Shown: positions 10,176 through 21,119, counted from the first letter of the stretch. The stretch is 64,000 nucleotides of DNA from an uncultured Acidobacteriota bacterium (GCA_963813155.1 CAWEYG010000003.1:864001-928000); one strand, 5' to 3'. The notes: a model not told the origin generated them from the sequence alone. A program made the numbers and translations.

Positions 10176-10810
10176 GCCTCATCGACGACGCCCTGAGACG
10201 GGCCCGAGAAGAAGCCGCCCTGCAGGAAGCCGAGAAACGTCCCGGATCGTCGCGCTGGGCTCCGTCCCACATTCCGCGGCGTCGCCGCCCGGCGTGGAAG
10301 GCCGCGGGCGCTCTCGCGGCCGTTTTCCTCGCCGGCTCGGCGGCCGCGTGGCTCTTCCTCTCGAGAGCTCCCGAGCGCTCCGTTCCGGATCCCTCGGCGC
10401 GCCCTTCCCCTTCCGCGGCTCCACCTCCGGCCGCCGTCGCCGCCCCGGCGCCGGCGCCGGCGCGGAGAGTCGAACCCCCGGCTCGGACCCGGGTCCGCCG
10501 CGCTCCCGAAGAAAACTCTCCGGCGCCCGGCGCCGCCGCGCCGGAAGCGTCTCCCAATCCCGCATCGGCCTCCGCGGCGCCACCCCCGGCGGCCGGTCAG
10601 AGAACGTTCGTGCACACCGCGACGCTCGCCGGCGGACAGACGATCGAGCTCGGAGGCATCGTTTACAACGAGGAAAATCCCATCGCCCTCATCAACGGGA
10701 AAGTCGTCGCGCCCGGCGGCCTCGTCGGCGACTTCACGGTCGTTCAGATCCGCCCGGAACGGGTCGATTTCTCCGGGAACGGAACGACGTTTTCGATTCT
10801 CCTGCGCTGA
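10172..10810 (+). CDS. GspB/ExeB-like membrane-anchored protein
   Basis: MSLIDDALRRA start, TM, Pro/Ala linker, C-terminal LGGIVY...ALING domain; coupled to exeA. Confidence 0.7.
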   Translation: MSLIDDALRRAREEAALQEAEKRPGSSRWAPSHIPRRRRPAWKAAGALAAVFLAGSAAAWLFLSRAPERSVPDPSARPSPSAAPPPAAVAAPAPAPARRVEPPARTRVRRAPEENSPAPGAAAPEASPNPASASAAPPPAAGQRTFVHTATLAGGQTIELGGIVYNEENPIALINGKVVAPGGLVGDFTVVQIRPERVDFSGNGTTFSILLR

Positions 10811-10812
10811 GC

Positions 10813-12648
10813 GTGTTTTCCCTCGACGGCGTTCTCTTCTTTGCCCGGCACGCGGCGGTGTTCGGCGTCCTCGGCGCGACGTGCTTCGTTTTCGGGCGGC
10901 GCCTCCTTCGCGGGTTCGACTTCGCGAGCGCCGGCGAAGAGATCGCTCTCAGCACCGGTCTCGGACTCGGAACCGCGGCGACCGCGCTGTTCGGAATCGG
11001 GCTGGCCGGGGACCTCACGGTTCCCGCCGTCGTCGGAGGAATTCTGCTGATCCACGTGGCATGCCTGGGAACCTGGCGCGACACGGTCCGGCGCGCCCGA
11101 TCCCGCGCGCGCGCGCTGGAGGGTCGCGATCTCTGGCCCTGGGTTCCCGTCGCTTTCGCGTGCGCCCTCGTCGCCGTTCTCTCCTGCTACCCTCCGACCG
11201 GCTTCGACGCGACCCTCTACCATCTTCCCTACGCGCGGGCTTTCGCGCGGACCCACCGGATCGCGAGCCTTCCCGAGCGGAGATTTCCCGTGTTTCCCCA
11301 GCTCGGCGAGTCGGCGTTCTCCGCCGTTCTCCTGCTCTCCGACGACACGAATGTCCCCGGCGTGGAGGTCCTCGCCCTTCTCGCGGGTCTTGCGGCGCTC
11401 GGGGGCTGGGCGCGGAGAAAGGGCGGTCCGGCCGCGGGCGCGTGGGCCCCTTCCGCTTGGGCCGGCTGCCCCGTGGTCGCAATCTTCGCCGCCTCCGCTT
11501 ACGTGGACCTCGGCTTCGCGTTGTTCGCGCTGCTTTCGTTTCTCGCCTGGGAGCGCTGGAGGGAGGGCGGCGGCCGGAGTTGGGTGGGCGTCTCCGCGGT
11601 CTTCGCCGGGTTCTCCGCCGGAACGAAATACCACGGCCTTTTCCTCGTCGCGCTTCTCGGCGCGATGACGATCTGGGAATGCGCCCGCCGGCGAAGAGGA
11701 GCGCGTCCGGCCGTCCATTTCGCGGCGATCGCGGGGATCGTCTCCGCGCCGGCTTACGTCCGAAACTTCCTCGTCACGGGCAACCCGGTGTTTCCTTTTT
11801 TCTCCCGCGTCTTCGGGCCCTCGCCGTACTCCCTCGCTCTCGATGCGGTGACGCCCGGCGGCACCGCCGGCTCAGACGCGAGAATCACCTTCCTTCGCGC
11901 CGCCGGGGAATGGCTGGGCGCGCCTCTGCGGGTCGCGCGCTCGCTGACCGGAATGCCCGGAGTTTCCGGCCAGGCGCCGCTCTCCCCGTTTCTCCTGCTC
12001 CTGGCGGCAGCCGCCGCGCTCGTTGCGTTTCGAAGCTCGACCGTCCGTCGCGCGCTGCTGTTCGCCGTCGCCTACGCCGTCGCGTGCGGCGGCGCGGAGA
12101 CGCGATTCCTGATTCCCGCCGCCGCACTGATCGGCTTTGCCGGCTCCGTCGCGCTCGGGCGACTCGCCGGGGATCGAGTGGTTCGGTCGGTCGCGATGCG
12201 AACTGCGGTGGCGGCGGCCCTCGTTCTTCCGGGCGCCGCGTGGACCGGCTACCGCCTCGCCCGGCTCGGCCCGATTCCCGTCCGGGTCGCCGACCGGGAC
12301 GCCTACCTTCGCCGCGCGTTTCCTTCATACGCCGCGATCGAATACCTGAACCGCTCCGTCGGTCCGGCCTACACGGTCTACGCGGTCGGCGCCGAAAACC
12401 TCGCGTACTTCGCGGACGGAAACTATCTCGGCGACTGGTTCGGCCCTTACAGCTACAGCCGGATCTACGGCCCTCCCGCGCGCGACGCCGCAACGCTCGA
12501 CCGCAACCTTCGCGGCATCGGAGCCCGCTTCCTCCTTCTCAACCTCGCACGCCTGCCCGCTCCCCCACCGAACGACGCCTCGTTCCCGCGGCTGTTCCGG
12601 GAGCGGCTCCGGGGCCCCGGATTCCGCCTCTACGAAAGAACTCCCTGA
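10813..12648 (+). CDS. GT-C fold (ArnT/PMT-like) multi-pass membrane glycosyltransferase
   Basis: Many TMs; DATLYHLP, AYVD, GTKY, RN...TGNPVFP motifs; GTG 2 nt after the previous stop. Confidence 0.7.
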   Translation: MFSLDGVLFFARHAAVFGVLGATCFVFGRRLLRGFDFASAGEEIALSTGLGLGTAATALFGIGLAGDLTVPAVVGGILLIHVACLGTWRDTVRRARSRARALEGRDLWPWVPVAFACALVAVLSCYPPTGFDATLYHLPYARAFARTHRIASLPERRFPVFPQLGESAFSAVLLLSDDTNVPGVEVLALLAGLAALGGWARRKGGPAAGAWAPSAWAGCPVVAIFAASAYVDLGFALFALLSFLAWERWREGGGRSWVGVSAVFAGFSAGTKYHGLFLVALLGAMTIWECARRRRGARPAVHFAAIAGIVSAPAYVRNFLVTGNPVFPFFSRVFGPSPYSLALDAVTPGGTAGSDARITFLRAAGEWLGAPLRVARSLTGMPGVSGQAPLSPFLLLLAAAAALVAFRSSTVRRALLFAVAYAVACGGAETRFLIPAAALIGFAGSVALGRLAGDRVVRSVAMRTAVAAALVLPGAAWTGYRLARLGPIPVRVADRDAYLRRAFPSYAAIEYLNRSVGPAYTVYAVGAENLAYFADGNYLGDWFGPYSYSRIYGPPARDAATLDRNLRGIGARFLLLNLARLPAPPPNDASFPRLFRERLRGPGFRLYERTP

Positions 12649-12688
12649 CCGATCTCGATAGAATCCCGTTCGATACGAAGGAGGCAGA

Positions 12689-13969
12689 ATGCCGAAGGCC
12701 CAGACGTCTCCGGTGGCGCACGCTCCGAGCAACCCTTTCGACGTCGCTCTCGAACAATTCGACCGGGCGGCCGACATCCTCGGACTGGATGCCGGGCTTC
12801 GCGAAACGCTGCGGCGGCCGAAGCGCCAGCTGATCGTTTCGATCCCCGTCCGCATGGACGACGGATCGATTCGCGTCTACGAGGGCTATCGAGTTCAGCA
12901 CAACATCGCCCGGGGTCCGGCCAAGGGCGGCATCCGCTACCACCCGCAGGTTTCGCTCGACGAGGTCAAGGCTCTCGCTTCCTGGATGACGTGGAAGTGC
13001 GCGGTCGTCAACATTCCCTTCGGAGGCGGAAAGGGCGGCGTCATCTGCGACCCGAAATCCATGTCGCAGGGCGAGATCGAGCGAATGACGCGGCGCTTCA
13101 CGTCCGAGATCTCGATCATCATCGGCCACGACCGGGACATTCCCGCGCCCGACGTCTACACGAATCCCCAGATCATGGCCTGGATGATGGACACGATCTC
13201 CATGACGAAGGGCTACTCGACGCTCGGCGTCGTGACGGGCAAACCAATCGCCGTCGGCGGATCGGAGGGGCGCAACGAGGCGACCGCCCGGGGCTGCGTC
13301 GTCGCGATCGGCGAAGCCGCCGAGCACCTCTCGATGAAGGTCAAGGGCGCGAAAGTCGCCGTGCAGGGATTCGGAAACGCCGGCGCGATCACGGCCCGCC
13401 TGCTCTGGGAGATGGGAGCGAAAGTCGTCGCGGTCTCCGATTCGACCGGCGGGATCTACAACGCGAAGGGCCTGCCGATCGACAAGGTTCTCGCCGCGAA
13501 GGAAAAGTCGGGAACCGTTCGCCGCTACCCGGGGCCCTGCGAGAAGATCTCCAACGAGGCTCTCGTGGAGCTGCCGGTCGACGTCCTCGTGCCCGCCGCC
13601 CTCGAGGGCGTGATCACGCAGGACAACGCGCGGAGCGTGAAGGCGAAAATCATCGCCGAGGCGGCGAACGGGCCCACGACGCCGGAGGCCGACGACATTC
13701 TCCTGAAGCGCGGCGCCCTCGTGATCCCCGACATCCTCGCCAACGCCGGCGGGGTGACGGTGTCGTACTTCGAATGGGTCCAGGACCTGTATTCATTCTT
13801 CTGGGAAACGGACTTCGTGTACGCGCACCTCACAAAGACGATCCGGCACTCGTTCAAACAGGTGTACGACACCGCGAAGAAGAACAAAACCGACATGCGC
13901 ACGGGAGCCATGGTCCTCGCCGTCGGACGCGTCGCCGAGGCGACGAGGATCCGCGGGCTGTTTCCGTGA
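12689..13969 (+). CDS. gdhA: Glu/Leu/Phe/Val dehydrogenase (glutamate dehydrogenase)
   Basis: GPAKGGIR, GGGKGG, DIPAPD, QGFGNAG, NAGGVTVSYFEW; AAGGAGG SD. Confidence 0.92.
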   Translation: MPKAQTSPVAHAPSNPFDVALEQFDRAADILGLDAGLRETLRRPKRQLIVSIPVRMDDGSIRVYEGYRVQHNIARGPAKGGIRYHPQVSLDEVKALASWMTWKCAVVNIPFGGGKGGVICDPKSMSQGEIERMTRRFTSEISIIIGHDRDIPAPDVYTNPQIMAWMMDTISMTKGYSTLGVVTGKPIAVGGSEGRNEATARGCVVAIGEAAEHLSMKVKGAKVAVQGFGNAGAITARLLWEMGAKVVAVSDSTGGIYNAKGLPIDKVLAAKEKSGTVRRYPGPCEKISNEALVELPVDVLVPAALEGVITQDNARSVKAKIIAEAANGPTTPEADDILLKRGALVIPDILANAGGVTVSYFEWVQDLYSFFWETDFVYAHLTKTIRHSFKQVYDTAKKNKTDMRTGAMVLAVGRVAEATRIRGLFP

Positions 13970-14424
13970 AGAGCCTCCAAGACACGTACGCGCCGAACAA
14001 CCGGTGCTTCGGCTGCGGCCCGGCGAACGAGAAGGGCCTCCGCATCAAGAGCTTCGCGGACGGCGACGAGCTCGTCTGCGACTGGACGCCGGAGCCGTAT
14101 CACCAGGCTTTTCCCAACGCGCTGAACGGCGGGATCTGCGGCGCGCTGCTCGACTGCCACAGCAACTGGGCGGCGGCGCACCATTTCCTGAAGAAATCGG
14201 GAGGCGACGACCTGCCGAGCACGGTGACCGCAGACTTCCACGTCCGCCTGCGAAAACCCACGCCGATGGACGCCCCCCTGCGCCTGCGCGCGCGCGTCGT
14301 CGAATCCGAAGGAGATCGCGCGATCGTGGAGGCGAGTCTCGAGTCGCGCGGCACGGTGACGGCGACCTGCCGCGGCACGTTCGTCGTCGTCCGCGAGGGG
14401 CACCCCGCTTTCCACCGCTGGTGA
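13966..14424 (+). CDS. PaaI/hotdog-fold thioesterase
   Basis: CFGCGPANEKGL, NGGICGALLDCH, hotdog beta pattern; GTGA overlap with gdh. Confidence 0.82.
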   Translation: MKSLQDTYAPNNRCFGCGPANEKGLRIKSFADGDELVCDWTPEPYHQAFPNALNGGICGALLDCHSNWAAAHHFLKKSGGDDLPSTVTADFHVRLRKPTPMDAPLRLRARVVESEGDRAIVEASLESRGTVTATCRGTFVVVREGHPAFHRW

Positions 14425-14451
14425 CGAAGCCGATCGGCTAAGATTCGACAA

Positions 14452-15486
14452 ATGCCTCTCGAGACGGGATCCCGCGACGAGCCCTTCGTGGACGTCGTCG
14501 TCCCGGTCCACGACGAAGAGGCCTATATCGCGGAAAAGATCGAGAACCTCCTGGCCCTCGACTACCCCTCCGACAAAATCCGGTTCTGGATCGTCGACGG
14601 TGCTTCCCGCGACGCCACCCGCCGGGCTGCCACGGCCGTGATCCGGGGCGATACCCGATTCACGCTGCTCCGGTCGGACGTCGCCGACAAAGCGCGCCAG
14701 CTGAATCTCGCACTCCCGGAGTGCCGCGGCGAGTGGATCCTCGTGACCGACGCGGACTCTCGCCTGGCGGCCGACACACTCCGCAGTCTCGTGAAAGAGG
14801 GAGTGTCGGCGCCTCACACCGGGGCGGTCGGCGTCGCGGTGACCCCGGCGCGGCCCCACCCCTGGGAAGAGCTCCACTGGAGAGAGACCGACGGCATCCG
14901 GCTGCGGGAAGCCGCTCACGGCAGCGCGTCGATCGTGACGGGACCCTGTTATCTCGTCCGGCGGGGAGTCGTTGACCGGTTTCCCGCGGGCGTCGTCGCC
15001 GACGACGTCCACGTCGCGTTTCGGAGCGCGGCGGCAGGGCTGCGCACCGGCTTCATACCCGGAGACGTGACGGAGCTGAGAACTCCGGCGTCGATCCGGG
15101 AGCTGATCCCGCACAAGTTCCGGAAAGCTCGAGCGTACGTTCGAGAGATCTTCCGCTTTCTCCCGCGGATCGCTGCTATGCGCGAGGACTCCCGAAGCAC
15201 CTTCCTCCGCCACGCGGCCAAGATGGTGCTGTTTCCGCTGGTCGTCTTTCCTGCCGCCGCGCTCGCCGTCCGGGCCGCCGGGGCCTCGGTTTCGCTCTCG
15301 GCCGCCCTCGCCGCGGCGGGCGCCGTCGCGGCGAAGCCCGAATGGCGCCGGCGGGCCGCGCTGGCCGCGCTCCTCACCGCCGTTCTCCTCGTCGCGACGG
15401 TCTCGCTTCTTTTCGTCGGCGTTCGCCTTTCCTACCGGAAGGTCGACGCGCGGAGATTGCCGCTCGCGGAGATCGACGCGGCATGA
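14452..15486 (+). CDS. GT2 family glycosyltransferase
   Basis: VVVPVHDEE, VDGASRD, TDAD (DxD), ADD motifs, C-terminal TMs. Confidence 0.85.
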   Translation: MPLETGSRDEPFVDVVVPVHDEEAYIAEKIENLLALDYPSDKIRFWIVDGASRDATRRAATAVIRGDTRFTLLRSDVADKARQLNLALPECRGEWILVTDADSRLAADTLRSLVKEGVSAPHTGAVGVAVTPARPHPWEELHWRETDGIRLREAAHGSASIVTGPCYLVRRGVVDRFPAGVVADDVHVAFRSAAAGLRTGFIPGDVTELRTPASIRELIPHKFRKARAYVREIFRFLPRIAAMREDSRSTFLRHAAKMVLFPLVVFPAAALAVRAAGASVSLSAALAAAGAVAAKPEWRRRAALAALLTAVLLVATVSLLFVGVRLSYRKVDARRLPLAEIDAA

Positions 15487-16538
15487 GAAACCGGACGAAA
15501 ATCGCGATCGGCGCCCGAATCCTCGCCGCCCGTCTGACGAACCGCCCGCGCCCCTTCTTCGTCCAGTACTCGCTGCTGAACGGCTGCAACGCCCGCTGCG
15601 TCTACTGCAATTCGCCCGACCGCGAAGACCGGCCTCTTTCCTTCGACCAGCACGTCGCGATCCTTCGCGATTTCGCGCGCCTCGGAGCCGCCCGGATCAA
15701 GTTCCTCGGCGGCGAGCCGCTGCTCGTCCGCGAGATTGGCGCGCTGGCGGACGAAGTCCACCGGCTCGGGATGCGAACCGCGATGGTCACGAACGGATTC
15801 CTGATCCCGGAAAAGTTCGACACCGTCCGGAAGATGGACGAGGTCGTCATTTCCATCGATGGCGCCGAGGAATCGCACGACCGCCAGCGCGGCCCGGGCG
15901 CCTGGAAGAAAGTCATGCGGGGAATCGATCTCTGCGCGAAGGAGGGGCTCGATTTCTTCCTGTCGGCCGTCGTCACTCGGCGCAGCGCCGACCAGATTCC
16001 GTGGCTGCTGGAAACTGCTTCGCGCCTCGGAATTATGGTCAACTTCCAGATTCCGCAGTTCAACGAGGAGATGTACGGCACCGAGGCGCGAGCGTGGATG
16101 CCCGATCCGGACGACATCCGCCGTATCGTGACGGAAATCATCGCCGCGAAGGAAGACGGGGCCCCCGTGCTCTTCACAACTCGCTCGTACCGCCGCACGC
16201 TCGCCTGGCCCGATTTCGGACTCGAGCGAGTCGAACGCCCGGGGAAACGTTCTCCCTGCACGGCGGGCCGCTATTTTTTGCAGATGGAGCCCAACGGCGA
16301 CGTTTACCCCTGCGTCCTGCACATCGGCACGTTTCGCCCGCTGAACGCGGCGCGCGACGGAGTCGAGAGAGCCTGGCGCCACGCCGGGGAACACTCCTGC
16401 TTCCGTTGCTACAACACCTGGCTCAACGAAAACCGCGCGATTTTCGACCTGAGCCCGGCGGTGCTCGGAAACTTCTGGAGCAACTACCTGAACGGCCGCG
16501 CGAATCCGCTCCGCCTGGATTCCGACCCGCGCTCGTGA
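15483..16538 (+). CDS. Radical SAM protein with SPASM/twitch-like C-terminus
   Basis: CNARCVYC, GGEP, TNG, SIDG; C-terminal CTAG...GDVYPC...CFRC. Confidence 0.9.
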   Translation: MRNRTKIAIGARILAARLTNRPRPFFVQYSLLNGCNARCVYCNSPDREDRPLSFDQHVAILRDFARLGAARIKFLGGEPLLVREIGALADEVHRLGMRTAMVTNGFLIPEKFDTVRKMDEVVISIDGAEESHDRQRGPGAWKKVMRGIDLCAKEGLDFFLSAVVTRRSADQIPWLLETASRLGIMVNFQIPQFNEEMYGTEARAWMPDPDDIRRIVTEIIAAKEDGAPVLFTTRSYRRTLAWPDFGLERVERPGKRSPCTAGRYFLQMEPNGDVYPCVLHIGTFRPLNAARDGVERAWRHAGEHSCFRCYNTWLNENRAIFDLSPAVLGNFWSNYLNGRANPLRLDSDPRS

Positions 16539-17272
16539 ACCGGCTTCGATACCTCGGGGGCTTCGCCGCGGGAGCGATCTGGCTGATCGTCTGCTGCGCG
16601 GTCGGCTTCCTCTTTCTGCCGTTCGGCCGCCGCGAACGGCTCGCGGTCCGGGTCTTCGCGAAGGTTTTCTGCGGCGGAATCGTCACGGCGGTCGGCTGGC
16701 GGGTCCGGGTCGAAAATCCCGGGGGATTCACGGCGAGTCGGCCATGCGTCTTCGTCGCGAACCACCAGAGCTTCCTCGACGTTCTCCTCTTCGGCGCCGT
16801 CGTGCCGAAGGGAACCGTCGCGGCCGGGAAGAAGGAGATCGCCTACATCCCCTTTTTCGGTTGGTTCTTCCGCGCGTCGGGGAACGTTCTGCTCGACCGA
16901 GGAAATCGGCCGCAGACGGCCGCGGCCCTTCACCGGGCGGCGGAGATCCTGCGGCAGGACGGAATTTCGGTGTGGATGATGCCCGAAGGCCATCGCAACG
17001 ACGGACGAACGCTCCTCCCGTTCCGGAGCGGGGCATTTCGACTCGCGGCGGAAGCCGGCGTTCCAATCGTGCCCGTCGTCGCCGAACCGATCGCCGCCGT
17101 AGCCGACACGACGCGAAAGCGGGCGCGACGGGGCGAGTTTCGAATCCGCGTCCTCGAGCCGATCGCGACCGGCGGCGCCGAGACTCCCCTGAAAATGGCC
17201 CAGCTCGTCGAGCGCACCCGGAACCGGATGCAGAAAGCGTTTGACGAACTGGCCGCGACGAGCACCCGCTAA
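16535..17272 (+). CDS. 1-acyl-sn-glycerol-3-phosphate acyltransferase-like (LPLAT/PlsC)
   Basis: NHQSFLD and PEGHR motifs, LLPFRSGAF; GTGA overlap. Confidence 0.85.
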   Translation: MNRLRYLGGFAAGAIWLIVCCAVGFLFLPFGRRERLAVRVFAKVFCGGIVTAVGWRVRVENPGGFTASRPCVFVANHQSFLDVLLFGAVVPKGTVAAGKKEIAYIPFFGWFFRASGNVLLDRGNRPQTAAALHRAAEILRQDGISVWMMPEGHRNDGRTLLPFRSGAFRLAAEAGVPIVPVVAEPIAAVADTTRKRARRGEFRIRVLEPIATGGAETPLKMAQLVERTRNRMQKAFDELAATSTR

Positions 17273-17287
17273 AAACGACCGCCCGGT

Positions 17288-19431
17288 TTACTGCAGGTCG
17301 TACTCCGTGACGTTCTTGCCCTGCAGGTACTTGTCGAACCAGTTGAGGATGTGCCGCAGCCTCTCGACGCGGTGAGACGGCTTCCCCGAGCGGGACAACT
17401 CGTGCGTCTCCCCCGGGAAAACGACCATCGCGGTCGTTTTGTGCAGGGCCTTGAGCGCGCGAAACATCGTTCCACCGCCGGAGTCGGTCGGCGTTCGCAG
17501 GTCGCTCTGGCCTTCGATCAGCAGGAGGGGCGTCGTGATCTTCTCCGCGTACGTGACCGGCGACCGCGCGCGATATTCCTCCGGGTCTTGAAACGGGTAC
17601 TTGCGGAACCAGAACGGCGTGAACAGGGTGAAATCCGTCGAATACCAGAAAGCCGCCCAGTCTCCGATCGATCTCTGCGAGACCGCCGCCGCGAAACGGC
17701 TCGTCTGCGTGACCGTCCAGTTCGTCAGCAGCCCTCCGCCGCTTCCTCCCGTGACCCCGAGCTTCTTCTCGTCGATGTAACCGCGGCGGATCAGCTCGTC
17801 GACGCCCGCCATCAGGTCTTTGTAATCGTCCCCCGGGTAGCGATATTGGATGACGTTGCCGAAATCCTGACCGTAGGACGTGCTGCCGCGCGGATTCGGC
17901 GCGAGAACGACGTAGCCTTTCGCGGCCATCCACTGGAACTCGTGGAAGAACGTGTCGCCGTAGGCCGTGTGCGGACCGCCGTGGATATCGAGGATCAGAG
18001 GGTATTTCTTCGAAGGAGAGAAATCGGGCGGTTTCACGACCCATGCTTCGATCTTCGTCCCGTCGAAGCTCGTGTACCAGATCCGCTCGGACGCGGAGAT
18101 GCGAAGCTCGGAAAACAGCTCGTCGTTCGCGTGCGTGAGGCGCGTCAGCCGGCGCGTCGAAGCGTCGAGAACGTAAAGGTCGGCAAGGTGCGTGTCGTCG
18201 CCGATCGTCACCGCAAAGTGGCGCGCGTCGGAGGCCGCCGTGTACGAGACGACCTCGTGATCTCCGGTCGTCAACGATTCGACGCGGTGCGAGGCGACAT
18301 CGATCCGCATCAGGTTCGAGTGTCCGTGCTCGGTCGTCGAGACGATCACACTGGAGCCGTCGGCCGACCAGACCGGCGTTCCCTCGCCGCCTCCGCGAGG
18401 CGGATGCTGGTCTCCGAGGACGTCGTTGCCGATGTCGAAATCGTAATCCGCGGTCAGATTCTCCGCCTTGCCTCCCCGGTACTGGAAGACGTCGACCTCG
18501 GTGTACGAGCGCTCCTTCGCGGGATTGATCCATCCCTCGAAAGCGAAAGCCCGGCCATCTCCCGATAGAGCGACGCCACCGGGGAAGACCGGGCCGTCGA
18601 TATCGATCACCGTCTCGGTCGCTCCGCCGGATGCCGAGACCGAGTAGAGATTGCTGTCGGCGGGCTTGTAGTACGGCTCCTCCTGCCGGTCGGAGACAAA
18701 ATAGATCCGCGATCCGTCCCGGCTCCAGAACTCCCCGCCTTCGTCGTACCTGCCGGAGGTGAGCTGTCTCGCGGACCGGAGGCTTCTCCCCCGGAGGGTC
18801 CGAAGCGATCGTCCAGACGTGCTCGTGCCGGCCCAGGTCGAGCAGACCCTCGTCGTTGTCCCGATACAGCGCCCGCGTGATGACGCGAACGTCGCTCTTC
18901 TTTTTCTCATCCGGGTCCTTCCCGCCCGCCTCTCGAGCTCGCTTCTGCTCCGCCAGGTCTTCGGAGCTCGTCGAGCTCGTGAACGCGATCGTCCGGCCGT
19001 CCGGCGACCAGACCGCCGACGAAGCCCCTTTCGGAAGGTCGGTGAGCTTCTGTCCCTCGCCGCCGCCCATCGAGAGGAGATAGATCTGGGGAGGGTCCTT
19101 CTCCCCGGCTCGGAGGAACGCGAGCGTCTTCGAATCCGGCGACCAGCGGGGAGACGAGTCCCTCGGGCCCGGCGTGAGCAGCCTCGGCTCCTCCCGTCCC
19201 GACGTCGAGACGATCCAGAGCGCCGTGTCGTAGCGGTCCTCCTTCTCGTTTGCCGTCACGAGAACGTAGGCAACCTGCTGCCCATCAGGCGAGATTTCCG
19301 GATCCGCGACCCAACGAAACTTCAGGAGGTCGCTCTCCGTGACGGGCCGCGGCGGCGCCGCGGCGCGAGAGCCCCGAGATCCCCAGGAGCAGCGCCGCCG
19401 CCAGAAGGCCTTCTCTCATTCGAATATTCAT
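17288..19431 (-). CDS. S9 family peptidase (beta-propeller + alpha/beta hydrolase), two frameshifts (~19367, ~18772)
   Basis: Signal peptide [17 protein letters not shown], then [12 protein letters not shown]...SPDG propeller repeats, IHGGPH, GGSGGG, DLRTP, ETHELS across three frames. Confidence 0.85.
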
Positions 19432-19471
19432 GCGGCGCAGGATAGTCCGGGGCTACCGGCCATTCCAAGAG

Positions 19472-20879
19472 CTATTCGCGGAAGTGCCGGATGCTATTGG
19501 CGTAGTAGTTCAGGACCGGGAGCTCGGACGTGCGCGCCCGAAACAGGCCTTCGCGCTCGTCCACCAGGTGCCGAAGGGTCAGCGCGCGAAGCCCGACGGC
19601 GATCGCGTAGTCCTGATCCTTTCGCGGAACGTAGACGTGGGCGCCGCGCGACTCCAGCTCCTTCGCGAGCTCGTAGACGCGGCCCTTGATCTCGAGCTCG
19701 CCGAACTCGCGATCCGGCCACTCGGCGAAAACAGTCGCGACGAGCGAGACCGGCAGCACGGGAATGACGCGGCCGAGCGCCTTCATCAAAGCGTCCGCGA
19801 ACTCGCCGACGCGGCGAAACCTCTCCTCCCGCGGCAATCGGCCGAAATCGAGGTTCTCCCGCGCCGCGTAACCCTTCAGCGAGATCGGCGCTCCGAAGTT
19901 GACGCAGGCATACCCGAATCGGTGCCAGCGATTTCGGGCGAGGAGCGCGAGGTTTCGAACGACGAAGAACGCGGCCGTGCGAAGAGCCGCCGCCCGGCCC
20001 CTCCGGGGCTCATCGGAGAGCTCGCGCAGGAGGGTGCGGTCCTCCAGCGTCCGGTCGTAGTTGATGCCGACCGGGATGAAGACGAGATCCCGCGGCGTTT
20101 CCGGGTCGAAGCGACTTCAGCATGTAGTCGAGAAGGCCGAGCTTCGGGCGCTGCAGGCGCCCGTCGCGGGACAGGCCTCCCTCCGGAAACAGGGCCTGCG
20201 TCACGCCGGCGGCCGTCGCCATCGCGACGTACCGCTCGAGCACCCGGCGGTAGAGCGGATTCTTCGAGTTTCGCCGCACGAAATACGCCCCCATCGCGCG
20301 GACGAGCGTCTGCAGCGGCCAGATCCTCGCCCATTCGCCGACCGCGTACGACAGCGCGGCCTTCTCCGCCGCCAGGTAGGCGACGAGCACGTAGTCCATG
20401 TTGCTCCGGTGGTTGATCACGAAAACGACGGTCGCGTCGGGGGGAATGGCGGAAAGCGCCTCGTCGTCCGAAGTGCCGAGCCTCACACGGTAGAGAGCGC
20501 GCGCAAAGCGCCGCGCCAGCGAATAGCCGACTCGAAAATAGATGTAGGCGTTGAATGCCGGGACGATCTCCCGCGAGTAGCGTCGGACGCGGTCCATCGC
20601 GACGGCGCGCGGCATCTGCTCGTCCCGCGCGAAGTCATCGGCCGCCTCCAGGACTTTCGGGTCGTACTGGAGACGGTCGATGAGGACCTGCCGTTTCGTC
20701 AGCTTGAACGGCTGGATCCGGATGTGGAGACGGGTGTTGAGCTCTTCGAGCACGCGGTTGACGCGGCGACGAAGGAACCACCGGACGCTCGGGAAGAAGA
20801 TCCGGTCGAGCGCGGCCCACAGCGCGAGCGCGAGCACGACGAGCGCGGCCCACAGCGGAAGCGTCACCGATCGAGGCAT
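19472..20879 (-). CDS. Glycerol-3-phosphate acyltransferase-like protein, one frameshift (~20111)
   Basis: NHRSNMD, FPEGGLSRDG; continues after the shift as FDPETPRDLVFIPVGINYD...FGYACVNFG...YYANSI. Confidence 0.82.
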
Positions 20880-20909
20880 GGAGTTTCCCGCCAAGCATAC
20901 GCCGTCAAA

Positions 20910-21119
20910 CGCGATGACCTGCGGCGAGGGAGGTGGTCGCGAGAGAGGGAATCGGCTGTTTGAGGCGCCGTCTCGTGCGCCGACCCAAGGTGGAGGCTCG
21001 ATGACTTCCAATCACGAAGCCAGGTCAGCCTCCCCTGTTCACACTGCAGCGGTCGGCGCAAGGCGACGAGTTCCGATTCCCGAACGAGCGAGCCACCTCC
21101 CGAGATGCAGAGCGAAGCG
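20910..21119. other. Long structured intergenic element (rod-like hairpin), copy A
   Basis: Nested complementary segments 20928-20936/21093-21101, 20947-20955/21073-21081, 20976-20985/21051-21060, 20992-20998/21027-21033. Confidence 0.65.

Noticed and set aside
21000-21016. Anticodon-like loop TGA-CTTCCAA-TCA suggesting a tRNA
   Set aside because: No D arm, T arm (GTTCGA) or acceptor stem; it is part of the larger hairpin. No tRNA-Sec was seen in the window
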